A DNA stretch of 64,000 nucleotides from Planctomycetota bacterium (GTDB lineage: Bacteria > Planctomycetota > GCA-002687715 > DRQF01): assembly GCA_047639315.1 (NCBI GenBank), contig JBLINQ010000008.1:810-64809 (forward strand), given 5' to 3'. Positions 9,286-18,563 of the stretch are shown one piece after another. A program made the position numbers and the translations under genes. Positions within the stretch are counted from its first letter, which is position 1. Each line of letters begins with the position of its first letter. The notes beneath the pieces were generated by a model, which worked only from the letters and a program-made list of their open reading frames with translations, was not told the DNA's origin and did no database searches.

Positions 9286-10571
9286 TTGTCTTCCATTCTT
9301 TCCAATAAGACGGCTGAGCCTTGTCCGCCGCCGACGCATAGAGCAGCGATTCCGCGCTTTGCTCCGCGTCTTTTCATTTCTTTGAGGAGCGTCAAGATGA
9401 TCCGTGCACCACTGGCTCCAACGGGATGGCCAAGCGCTATCGCTCCGCCATTAACGTTGAGTTGTTCGAGAGGGATCTCGCCCATGGCCGAAGAACGACC
9501 CAATTCACGTTGGCAGAAGTCCTTCGACTTGGACGCTGAGAGACAGGCTAACACTTGAGCCGCGAAGGCCTCATTGATCTCAAATAATTCGATATCGCCC
9601 AGTTGCAGTTGATTGCGTTCGAGCAGCTTCGAAATGGCAAATACGGGCCCAAGTCCCATCCTCTGAGGGGATAAGCCAACGGTCACGCAGTCGCGAACAT
9701 AGCCAAGGGCCTCGTGCTTTTCGGTCATGAGTTTTGGGCTGGCGGCCAACAGAGCTACGGCCCCATCGGTCACGGCGCAGGAGTTGCCAGCTGTCACTGT
9801 GCCGTAACTTCTGGTGAAAACTGGGCGCAATCGGGCTAAAGCGTCTCGATTTTGGTTGGGGCGGACAGCTGTATCATCACGCACCGATGCGTTATTGGTC
9901 ACGGTCACGAATGATTCTTTGCGCAGCACTTCGGCGCTGGCGGCGGCCCTTTGATGGCTCCTGAGGCTATAGGCATCCTGCGCTCCTCGGCTAATGCTAA
10001 ACTCGCGGGCCAAGTTTTCAGCGGTCTTGCCCATGCTAAGCCCACAAATCGGATCGGTAAGCCCTTCGAGCAGGGCGATTCGCGGTTTCAAGAAACGTGG
10101 TCTGAATGTGAGCAAAGCACTGAGTTTTCCCGTCATGGATTTCGAGCGACCCAAAGTGCTGAACAGCGCCTTCATCTCGTCGGAATAGCAGAACGGGTAG
10201 TTGCTCATCGACTCGGTGCCGCCGATGAGGAAAGCCGAGTCATCGTTGCGATCAGCGCGGTGAAAGACCTGGGATAAGGCCTCCATCCCAGAGGCGCAAT
10301 TTCTTTGCACGGTCAATGCCGGGACCTTCTCAGAAATACCCGCACGCAAGGCGATGACCCGCGCAATGTTGCTGACGGCAGCATCAGGGCCAACGCACCC
10401 GAATATGACCTCTTCGATCTTCGCCGCAATGTCTGGATGTCGTGCCAACAAGTGGGAAGCGGCGAGGTACCCAAGTTCGTCGGCGCCTAAGCTCGCCAAT
10501 TCCTTATTAGCCGAAGCGAATGGCGTTCTGATGCCATCAACAATGACGAGTTCTTGACGTGAGTGGACCAT
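9282..10571 (-). CDS. fadI: Acetyl-CoA C-acyltransferase (3-ketoacyl-CoA thiolase, FadI/FadA-like)
   Basis: GIRTPF, VQRNCASG (catalytic Cys), EINEAFA, GGAIALGHPVGASG, CVGGGQG. ATG 10571 overlaps the upstream TAA. Confidence 0.88.
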   Translation of the reverse strand: MVHSRQELVIVDGIRTPFASANKELASLGADELGYLAASHLLARHPDIAAKIEEVIFGCVGPDAAVSNIARVIALRAGISEKVPALTVQRNCASGMEALSQVFHRADRNDDSAFLIGGTESMSNYPFCYSDEMKALFSTLGRSKSMTGKLSALLTFRPRFLKPRIALLEGLTDPICGLSMGKTAENLAREFSISRGAQDAYSLRSHQRAAASAEVLRKESFVTVTNNASVRDDTAVRPNQNRDALARLRPVFTRSYGTVTAGNSCAVTDGAVALLAASPKLMTEKHEALGYVRDCVTVGLSPQRMGLGPVFAISKLLERNQLQLGDIELFEINEAFAAQVLACLSASKSKDFCQRELGRSSAMGEIPLEQLNVNGGAIALGHPVGASGARIILTLLKEMKRRGAKRGIAALCVGGGQGSAVLLERMEDK

Positions 10572-12643
10572 TAGTTGAGCTCCTTGCGTTCTGACACCCA
10601 AGAGGCGATGCCACCGGTGAAGGGAGGAAAGCCCATGCCAAAAATGGAAGCCAAGTCGAGATCATCTGGGTTCGACACCACACCTTCATCAAGAATGCGA
10701 ATGGCCTCTTTTTCCAACGCGAGGCTCAGCCTTTCAATAATGACCCGATGAGGCCAATCTTGTAGCTCGGGTTTCACGCCAGCCAAACGATGCAGCGCTG
10801 CCATCGAACGGGCTTTCTTCTTCTGGCCTCGCCAGCGATAAAACCCCTTGTTTGTCTTACGACCAAATTCGCCCCGACTGACCATTTTGTCCAGTAAAAC
10901 AGGAGTCTCGCATTCGAATTCGGGAAAGCTGGATAGGTAATCACAGACATGCTTGATGATGTCTAAACCCACCGAATCCATGAGTTCGAAAGGACCCATC
11001 GGTAAGCCCATGGCGCGAGCGGATTTTTCGATGTCAGCTAAGGGGGCGCCTTCAATGAGAAGTTGTTGAGCTTCCAAAAGATAGGGGGCAAGGATTCGAT
11101 TGACGACGAATGCCGGCCGATCTTTGACGACTACTGGGGTCTTGCCAATTTTGCGGCAGAATCGAGCCAACCGAGCGATGGTCGTCTCTTGTGCATTTGT
11201 CCCGCGCACAATCTCGACCAAGGGCATTTTCGGCGCGGGATTGAAGAAGTGAAGTCCATAAAGTTGTTGCGTGTCATCGATGGCATCACCCAGTTCTTCG
11301 ATGCTCAAGCTCGAAGTGTTGGTGCAGATCACCGCATTCTTATGAGCCGCTGCGCTTATGTTGGCTAAGACTTCGCGCTTTAGGTCAGCGATCTCCGGAA
11401 CTGACTCGATAATAAGATCACAACCGCTGAGGTCTTGATAATCGTCAGTGAGAAGCAATCCGTCTTTTTTCTTCTTAGCGGCGTGAGGCTCTAAGCGCCG
11501 CCGTTTGACTCGTTTTTCGAGCTCCGCATCAACGGCCTTGCTCGCTTTGATTAGTGAGCTCGGGAATGGATCAAGCAAGACGACTTTCTGGCCAGCCAAA
11601 AGAAGGGCTGTTGCGATTCCAGTTCCCATGACACCAGCACCGACAACAGCCACGCGGCGAATCGGAGCTTCTCTCCTTAAATCGATGTTATAGGGCGCGC
11701 CTCGATCCTTGTCTCGATTACGACGGAAGATCGAAATGAGGTTCTTGGCTACTCGACCTTGCGCCAGCTTGAGCGCGCCATCGTGTTCTAAGCCGAATCG
11801 TGCGTCGTGATTGAGCTTGGCTGACTTCCTAAGGATCGAAATCAAGGCAAGTGGAGCCGGGTAGTGTCCTTGAGTCTGGGCATGAACCTTCTTCTCCGCC
11901 ATGTCGAGTACGAGCTTGCGCACGAATGGGGCCTCGTGAAGGAGATAGTCAGAAACACCTACTTTGTGGAATTTGGGACGACCACTATGGCCATGAGTAC
12001 GCGCTGAATTGAGCTCGCGAATCCAGACTTTGGCGCGGTCGAGCAAGATGTCCTCGGGGCAGCACTCCGCAGCCAAGCCGATTTTGTGGGCTTGGCGCCC
12101 AGATATGAGTCGCCCACTCAATAAGAGCGGCAATGCTTGCTTGAGGCCGATCGTGTCAACCAACCGTGTTGTTCCGCCCCAAGCTGGCAAGATGCCAAGA
12201 CGCACTTCAGGAAGCCCGAGCTTCGTCTTTGGGCTGTCGCTCGCCAATCGTAGGTGACAGGCAAGTGCCAATTCCAAGCCGCCGCCAACAGCAGTTCCAG
12301 CGATGGCAGCAATGGATGGGATCGGGAGTGACTCAATTCGATGAAAGAGACTCTGGCCTCGTTTGATCAATTGCGAGATCTGGTCGACTGATTCCATGTG
12401 GGCGAAGACATCAAGGTCGGCGCCGGCGCAGAAAATACCGTCACCGGAACCCGTAATGATCAGGCCTTTGGCTGAAGCAAGATTGTCCTCGATGGAATCA
12501 AGAACGAGTTCGAGTTCGCCCAATGACGCCGGGCTCAGAATGAATGGTCTCTTATCATTGCCGCCAAGCCGCAAGTGATAGACGTCCGACTCACACGCCA
12601 ATTTGAGCGTAGTGGTGTCGTTCAGAGTCGTCGTTGGCATCAA
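10571..12643 (-). CDS. fadJ: Multifunctional enoyl-CoA hydratase / 3-hydroxyacyl-CoA dehydrogenase (FadJ/FadB-like)
   Basis: FCAGADL, GGGLELALACH, GLPEVRLG crotonase domain; VVGAGVMG Rossmann fold, TNTSS, HFFNP, PMGPF. Confidence 0.9.
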   Translation of the reverse strand: MMPTTTLNDTTTLKLACESDVYHLRLGGNDKRPFILSPASLGELELVLDSIEDNLASAKGLIITGSGDGIFCAGADLDVFAHMESVDQISQLIKRGQSLFHRIESLPIPSIAAIAGTAVGGGLELALACHLRLASDSPKTKLGLPEVRLGILPAWGGTTRLVDTIGLKQALPLLLSGRLISGRQAHKIGLAAECCPEDILLDRAKVWIRELNSARTHGHSGRPKFHKVGVSDYLLHEAPFVRKLVLDMAEKKVHAQTQGHYPAPLALISILRKSAKLNHDARFGLEHDGALKLAQGRVAKNLISIFRRNRDKDRGAPYNIDLRREAPIRRVAVVGAGVMGTGIATALLLAGQKVVLLDPFPSSLIKASKAVDAELEKRVKRRRLEPHAAKKKKDGLLLTDDYQDLSGCDLIIESVPEIADLKREVLANISAAAHKNAVICTNTSSLSIEELGDAIDDTQQLYGLHFFNPAPKMPLVEIVRGTNAQETTIARLARFCRKIGKTPVVVKDRPAFVVNRILAPYLLEAQQLLIEGAPLADIEKSARAMGLPMGPFELMDSVGLDIIKHVCDYLSSFPEFECETPVLLDKMVSRGEFGRKTNKGFYRWRGQKKKARSMAALHRLAGVKPELQDWPHRVIIERLSLALEKEAIRILDEGVVSNPDDLDLASIFGMGFPPFTGGIASWVSERKELN

Positions 12644-12766
12644 CTCACCTTTCTGAATTCAAAACTGTGCCTTGCCTTCAGGCAACGGTCGATCGGCAAG
12701 ATACAAAAACTGACGAGTCTTCGTCGTGGCTGGACCAAAAAATGTAAGGAAAGTAGGTGTGACACG

Positions 12767-13717
12767 CTATTTGCGTATGCCCATGCGAAGAGAATGAAGC
12801 TCAGGCAAGATGGCAAGCGCACTGTTGCGTCCCTGCTCGACGATTTTGTCCATGTCCATGAAGTCGGCCCAACTCACGCCGTCAATTTGTGGCCGAATGA
12901 CAAGGTCGGCCTGGGCAGCGGCTCGTCCGTTCAGAAGTTGGCAGCTGATTGAGTCCATGCGATTGATGACATCGAGGCCCGATTCGAATTCTTCCTTGAC
13001 GTCGAGGGGTGGTGATAGATCGACGGCAATGACTAAGTCCGGGTCATGCTTAGCGGCCGACTCCATAGGGATGGAGCAAAGCACGCCGTAATCGGACAAG
13101 AGGTCGCCTTCTCGAGGGACGGGTGGGAAGATGCCGGGCAACGCCGTGCTGCCAATAATGGCTGAGAACAGCTGACCTTCATCTAAATCGACGCGTTGGC
13201 CACTTTTCAAATCTGCGGCGACGACTGTCAATGGCAAGAGCAAGTCCTCGATCAGACAGTTCTGCATGACCGATTCTAAGCAATCTTCCATCGGCCGGTT
13301 GCTCAAAATTCCTGGTCGAGAAACGAATCGGTGAAATGCGACAGTCGCTCTCAAATAGCTACGGACTCGACCGACGATGCGACCCCATGCCCGCGCTGAT
13401 TCAGTGAGACCGCTGTCGTTCTCATCCATCGAATGTCCAGCTCCTTGGGAGGCTTTCAACATTCGGTTGTAGTAACGTCTGAATTTGTCGTCGTGGATGT
13501 AGGTGTGGACGCGTGTGGTAATGGCCTGAGCGTCTGGTGATTCGCAATAGAGTGCGCCGATGAAGGCGCCGATTGAGACACCGACGATGCGGTCAATCTG
13601 GACGCCAGCCTGTTCCAAGACCTGGAGCACTCCAAGGTGAGCGTAACCACGTGCCCCGCCGCCGCCGAGTATGAGTGTAGTGCCACCCTTTTTTGGTCTT
13701 CGGCGGCTTTGGTTCAT
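12767..13717 (-). CDS. Patatin-like phospholipase/esterase
   Basis: LGGGGARG, GVSIG (GxSxG), DYG (DGG variant). Confidence 0.88.
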   Translation of the reverse strand: MNQSRRRPKKGGTTLILGGGGARGYAHLGVLQVLEQAGVQIDRIVGVSIGAFIGALYCESPDAQAITTRVHTYIHDDKFRRYYNRMLKASQGAGHSMDENDSGLTESARAWGRIVGRVRSYLRATVAFHRFVSRPGILSNRPMEDCLESVMQNCLIEDLLLPLTVVAADLKSGQRVDLDEGQLFSAIIGSTALPGIFPPVPREGDLLSDYGVLCSIPMESAAKHDPDLVIAVDLSPPLDVKEEFESGLDVINRMDSISCQLLNGRAAAQADLVIRPQIDGVSWADFMDMDKIVEQGRNSALAILPELHSLRMGIRK

Positions 13718-15219
13718 TCTCTAACCTCTTCAGGAATCGGCTGAGAATCTGGACGGTTGTCGATCACTCGTTGTTCTTTTGTTTCACGCTCCATACCTAC
13801 GCGCTCAAGCATTTCGTCTAGATTGTGAACTTCAATCGAATTGAATTGGATTTCGGCGCAGGCCTTGGCTCGGCGCTGAATACGGTCGTGCATTGAGTTG
13901 ATCTTCCCGGCGTCAGAGACGGCTACGTGCAAAGTCAGCTCGTCAACTTCGAAGGGATCGTTGTCGGCCTTGCTAATGACGATTTGCCATTCTTCGATGC
14001 CTTGTTCACCCTCAAGGACCTCAAACAAGGTGTTGAAGTTGACATAGGTCCCTTTGACCTTGGACAACTCGAGATTCTTGACATTCGAAACTCGTCGCAC
14101 GATGCTCGACATGCGTGGCAACCGACGTCCACATCCGGGGCATCGTTCCCAAGTGATGCCGCCTTCGATCAAATCACCGGTGCGATAACGCAAGAGAGTC
14201 GAGCCGCGACCAGCAAGAGTGGTGTAGACCAACTCTCCACTTTCTCCGTCAGGAACCTGTTCGCCCGTTTCAGGGTTGATGATCTCCATGATGCTGAGAT
14301 CAGGCGACAAGTGAAATCCGGTATTCTCCGCGCCGGTACATTCTGCCCAGCATTGCCGGGCTTCAGTGAAACCAAAAACGCTGGCGACTCGAACATCTTC
14401 AGAGCCCATGTCGCCTAACAAGTCGATGATTTTACGTTTCAAAGTTGGCGAGACGGCCTCGCCGCCCAGGGCCACACGCTTAATCGAGTCGATCTTCATC
14501 CCTTTTGAATGAGCGGTCCGCAGCAAGTGATAGGCATATCCTGGCATGCCAACGATAGCCGTGGGGTTCATTCGTTGCATGAGTTCCAAGATGCGTGATC
14601 CGCCCATGGCGCGACCACCACCCGTGTTTAGAGTCATGACGCCGCCGGCTTCTGCGCAGGCCGCAACTTGCCAGAAAGCCAAGTGTGGAGCATAGGGGAA
14701 GAAGCTCAAGACCTTGTCTTCTTTGGGCTTCAGCCCGAGCGTCCGGACAATCCGAAGGCCCGTCTCGCGCAGAAGTTTCTGATCATAAGGCGTCAAGAAG
14801 AACGGTATAGATGATGCGCTTCTGCCCGTCGTGAAGAAGATCTGAGTTGGATTGTACTCACGCAAGAGTTCTTGCTGCAGGCCTTCTTGCCCGCGGCGCA
14901 GCTTGCGGGCTAAGTACTTGAGCTTGACACTAAGGGGAAGCGCTTCCCGGATCAACTCAGCCGATGGCTGCAGAATGAAATCGCGTGGCCCAGAATTGCC
15001 ATCAGGGGACGGCAGTAGATCGTTCTTGGTGGTGAAGGGGAATCGCGCCAAGTCAGAAGGGTCGCGAAGCACGTCCCAGGAGGGGACTTGTTTTTCGAGG
15101 TATAAGCGGCGATAGAATGGACTGAACGGGAGTACCTGTTCTTTCAAGTAGCGCCGGAGTTGCCGGATCTGTTCCCGCTTAGTCTCTTTGGGGTCGCATT
15201 CGTCCCATCGAGATGCCAT
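13714..15219 (-). CDS. Phenylacetate-CoA-ligase-like AMP-binding protein
   Basis: RFPFTTKNDL, TTGRS (divergent P-loop), FGFTEA, GELVYT, LLRYRTGD motifs of PaaK-family adenylate-forming enzymes. Confidence 0.75.
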   Translation of the reverse strand: MASRWDECDPKETKREQIRQLRRYLKEQVLPFSPFYRRLYLEKQVPSWDVLRDPSDLARFPFTTKNDLLPSPDGNSGPRDFILQPSAELIREALPLSVKLKYLARKLRRGQEGLQQELLREYNPTQIFFTTGRSASSIPFFLTPYDQKLLRETGLRIVRTLGLKPKEDKVLSFFPYAPHLAFWQVAACAEAGGVMTLNTGGGRAMGGSRILELMQRMNPTAIVGMPGYAYHLLRTAHSKGMKIDSIKRVALGGEAVSPTLKRKIIDLLGDMGSEDVRVASVFGFTEARQCWAECTGAENTGFHLSPDLSIMEIINPETGEQVPDGESGELVYTTLAGRGSTLLRYRTGDLIEGGITWERCPGCGRRLPRMSSIVRRVSNVKNLELSKVKGTYVNFNTLFEVLEGEQGIEEWQIVISKADNDPFEVDELTLHVAVSDAGKINSMHDRIQRRAKACAEIQFNSIEVHNLDEMLERVGMERETKEQRVIDNRPDSQPIPEEVRE

Positions 15220-15391
15220 GGCAGCTCCTTTTTAAGTTTGCTCTGTTTCGTCTTCTCATGGCGGCTGCGGTCTGCAGCTTCAAGAGAAGGCATTGACATA
15301 TCCCCTTTGTCTTTTCGGCATTGCCTCTGCAATGACTTGATACGGATTGGTTGAGGCCCTGTTGGCTCGAAGTGGAAAGCCGGTGTTGGAT

Positions 15392-15931
15392 CTAAGAGTT
15401 GCCTTGGGGCGCTTTGGAACGCATGACGAAACTACTGGCACCTAAAATCAACAACATCTTCAGGCCTTCGGATCTCGTGGACATGCGATGAAGCGCATCG
15501 AATGACTCCCGGGCTGCAGTCACAGGTTCTTTGGGAGTGAAGTCAATTTCTCGTCCTAATTCCGTAGCATTCGGGATCAGATGAAAATGGAAGAACAGGG
15601 CCAAGGCGAACGCACATAGAACCATGAAGAAGGCGGCGCGCTTCTGAGTCAAGAAAACCAAGAGCAGGGTGAGAGCGCCCACGACACACTGAAACACGCC
15701 ATAATGCCGGAAAAAACGCCGGTTTAGTTCTGAGGCAATATAGCGCAGGGCTTGTGGACGCGCGGTCTTGGCCTCAACTGCGTCAAATACCACATTGGCA
15801 TTGCGCAAAGTTTCCGGCTTGAGGCTCACAAATGTGCTCCCAGCGATGTACGCCATGGAAATACTCAAGAACAACCATCCGCCCAGAAACCAAAGACATA
15901 ACTTCGGAATCACAGTCGATGTGGCAAACAT
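15392..15931 (-). CDS. Four-helix membrane protein, DUF4149-like
   Basis: 179 aa, about 4 hydrophobic segments; GREIDF...FDALHRMS pattern typical of DUF4149/TMEM205. Confidence 0.6.
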   Translation of the reverse strand: MFATSTVIPKLCLWFLGGWLFLSISMAYIAGSTFVSLKPETLRNANVVFDAVEAKTARPQALRYIASELNRRFFRHYGVFQCVVGALTLLLVFLTQKRAAFFMVLCAFALALFFHFHLIPNATELGREIDFTPKEPVTAARESFDALHRMSTRSEGLKMLLILGASSFVMRSKAPQGNS

Positions 15932-16041
15932 GGCCTATCTCCATTCATGAAAAGCGTTCTAAATTCGTATCACTTGATGCGTGCTTCCGAGTCATCATTT
16001 GCGCTCGAAAATGCCGATGATAGTGTGACGGAAGTCCTTAT

Positions 16042-16057
16042 TGGCACAAGGTTAGCT
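16042..16057 (+). promoter_or_regulatory. Candidate sigma54 (-24/-12) promoter for fadE
   Basis: TGGCACAAGGTTAGCT has the exact GG-N10-GC spacing and 2 mismatches to TGGCACG-N4-TTGC; 76 nt upstream of the ATG. Confidence 0.4.
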
Positions 16058-16133
16058 TTGAAATTCACTGGAATCGTCGATAATCACGAGCGACTTTTCC
16101 TTAAGCGGCCGTCCAAAGGAAGAGGAGAGTAGA

Positions 16134-18560
16134 ATGATTGGCACCAGTTTGGCGATTGTTGCGGTGGTCTTGACCTTAGGCTACTTGGGGGCTCCTTTGG
16201 CAGTTTGGACCCTGGTCATCGGGGGCATCTGCTTCTGGCTTGGTATGCCGACCTGGTTCATCCTCGTTCTGGCCGTGCCGTTCTTAGCATTCTGTGTTCC
16301 GGCGCTCCGGTCTCAATTGGTCGCCAAGAAGCTGGCCGGAATTTTGAAGAAGGCCGGACTCTTGCCGGTCATCTCCGAAACCGAGCAAGTCGCTCTCGAA
16401 GCCGGCACAGTTTGGATGGATGGCGAGCTCTTTTCTGGCGCTCCAGATGCCAAAAAACTGCTCGAACCCGAAATCCCGACGCTCCGCCCAGACGAACAAC
16501 AATTTCTCGACGGTCCCGTCGAAGAGGCCTGCAAGCTCGTTGATGACTTACGTTGTTGGCAAGACAAAGACCTTCCGCCCGAGCTTTGGGCATTTCTCAA
16601 AGAGAACCGCTTCTTTGGCCTCATCGTCCCGAAAGAGCATGGTGGGCTTGCCCTCAGCGCCACTGGGCTGAGCGCTGTGATTCACAAGTTGGCGTCGCGT
16701 TCCTTTGCTTTGAGTGTCACGGTCATGATTCCCAACTCGTTGGGCCCTGCCGAACTCTTGCATCACTACGGAACGGACGAGCAGAAATCAGAATTCTTGC
16801 CCAAGCTGGCCAGCGGCGAGCACATGCCATGTTTCGCACTGACCGAGCCAGGAGCTGGTAGTGATGCCGGTGCAATCGCTGCCGAAGGTGTTGTCTTCAA
16901 AGACGATGACGGCACGCTCAAGCTCAAGTTGAATTGGGACAAACGATATACCAGTTTGGCCACGGTCAGCACGATCATCGGTTTGGCATTCAAACTGCGT
17001 GACCCTGAGAATCTAATTGGCAAAGGTGTTTCTCCAGGAATCACCTGCGCCCTCATCCCGACCACGACACCTGGTGTCACTGCCAACGAACGGCATGATC
17101 CACTTGGCGTTCCATTTCACAATTGCGCTATCTTCGGCAAAGACGTCATCGTCCCAGTCGATGCGATCATCGGTGGCCCCGCCTTCGCTGGTCAAGGCTG
17201 GCGCATGTTGATGGAGTGTTTGGCGGCCGGTCGCGGTGTCGCATTGCCAGCGGCCATGGTTGCGAATTCCAAGTTGGTCTCACGTACTGCCGGCGCCTAC
17301 AGCATGCTGCGTTATCAATTTGGCATGCCGATCGGAAAATTCGAAGGCATTGAAGAACCACTTTCCCGCATTGGCGCCATGACCTACATGATGGAAGCTG
17401 GGCGGCGCTACACGAATGCTTCGATTGACGCCGGGCACAAACCATCCGTGATTTCTGCGATTGTAAAATGTCACTTTACTGAACTCTCACGTCGGATCAC
17501 GAACGATGGCATGGATATCCTCGCCGGTGCCGGGATCTCGCGTGGCCCTCGCAACTTGCTTGCGAATAGCCACATAGCGAGTCCGATCGCGATCACCGTC
17601 GAAGGTGCGAACATTCTTACCCGTTCGATGATCATCTTTGGCCAAGGGGCCATGCGCTGCCACCCTTTCGCACGTGCACAAGTCGAAGCACTCCAGAAGG
17701 ACGATTTCGCCGCCTTCGATCGCGCTTTCTTTGGGCACGTACGCCACTTCGTTCGAAACTTGTTCCGAAGTGTTCTTTTGAGCGTTACTCGCGGATGGTT
17801 GGCTCGGAGCCCAGTCACCGGGCCGACGGCGAATTATTGGCGCAAGCTGAAGTGGGCTTCTGCCAGCTTCGCACTCCTTTCCGATTGCGCCATGGTTTCA
17901 CTCGGTGGCAAACTAAAACGCCACGAACGACTTTCTGCGCGCTTGGGCGATATCCTGTCGTGGATGTATTTCTTAACTGCCGTTTTGAAGCGCTACGAAA
18001 CCGATGGCCGTCAGAAAGAGGACTTGCCGTTAGTGAAGCTTGCGGCCGAAGAGTGCTTGGCAGAAATCCAGGCTGCCTTCGATGGCGCCTTCGCAAACTT
18101 TCCGGTGCCCTATGTCGGTTTCTTGATGAGAGGCCCGATTGGAATTTGGTCGCGCCTCAACGCTATTGGGCGTAAGCACCACGATGTTCTTGGCAGCCAA
18201 GTCGCCGATATCCTTCGTCGTCCGGGCGCTCAGAGAGAACGATTGTTTGATTTGATGCACATTCCAGCTTCCAAAGAAGAAGCTCTTGGACGCTTAGAGC
18301 AAGCTCTTGTCGTAGCCAACGAATCCTTGTCTGTCTCGGCCAAGATCAAGCAGGCGATGAAGGATGGCAAACTGGGTCGCGGTCGACCTGAACGCATGAT
18401 TGATGGGGCGCTTGAGGCGGGGGTCATCAACGATGAGGAGGCCGCGTGTATGCGCGCTGCTCTGGAGGCTAAAGACGACGCCGTCAAGGTTGACAGTTTC
18501 CACGTCGATGTGTTTCAAGCTTCGACGCCAACCCCAGGGTTTGCGCCGACATCAATCTGA
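16134..18560 (+). CDS. fadE: Acyl-CoA dehydrogenase, long FadE type with DUF1974 C-terminus
   Basis: ISETEQVALEAG..W.DGELFSG.PD, CFALTEPGAGSDAG, ITVEGANILTR; 808 aa; GAGGAG RBS. Confidence 0.92.
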   Translation: MIGTSLAIVAVVLTLGYLGAPLAVWTLVIGGICFWLGMPTWFILVLAVPFLAFCVPALRSQLVAKKLAGILKKAGLLPVISETEQVALEAGTVWMDGELFSGAPDAKKLLEPEIPTLRPDEQQFLDGPVEEACKLVDDLRCWQDKDLPPELWAFLKENRFFGLIVPKEHGGLALSATGLSAVIHKLASRSFALSVTVMIPNSLGPAELLHHYGTDEQKSEFLPKLASGEHMPCFALTEPGAGSDAGAIAAEGVVFKDDDGTLKLKLNWDKRYTSLATVSTIIGLAFKLRDPENLIGKGVSPGITCALIPTTTPGVTANERHDPLGVPFHNCAIFGKDVIVPVDAIIGGPAFAGQGWRMLMECLAAGRGVALPAAMVANSKLVSRTAGAYSMLRYQFGMPIGKFEGIEEPLSRIGAMTYMMEAGRRYTNASIDAGHKPSVISAIVKCHFTELSRRITNDGMDILAGAGISRGPRNLLANSHIASPIAITVEGANILTRSMIIFGQGAMRCHPFARAQVEALQKDDFAAFDRAFFGHVRHFVRNLFRSVLLSVTRGWLARSPVTGPTANYWRKLKWASASFALLSDCAMVSLGGKLKRHERLSARLGDILSWMYFLTAVLKRYETDGRQKEDLPLVKLAAEECLAEIQAAFDGAFANFPVPYVGFLMRGPIGIWSRLNAIGRKHHDVLGSQVADILRRPGAQRERLFDLMHIPASKEEALGRLEQALVVANESLSVSAKIKQAMKDGKLGRGRPERMIDGALEAGVINDEEAACMRAALEAKDDAVKVDSFHVDVFQASTPTPGFAPTSI

Positions 18561-18563
18561 TGA

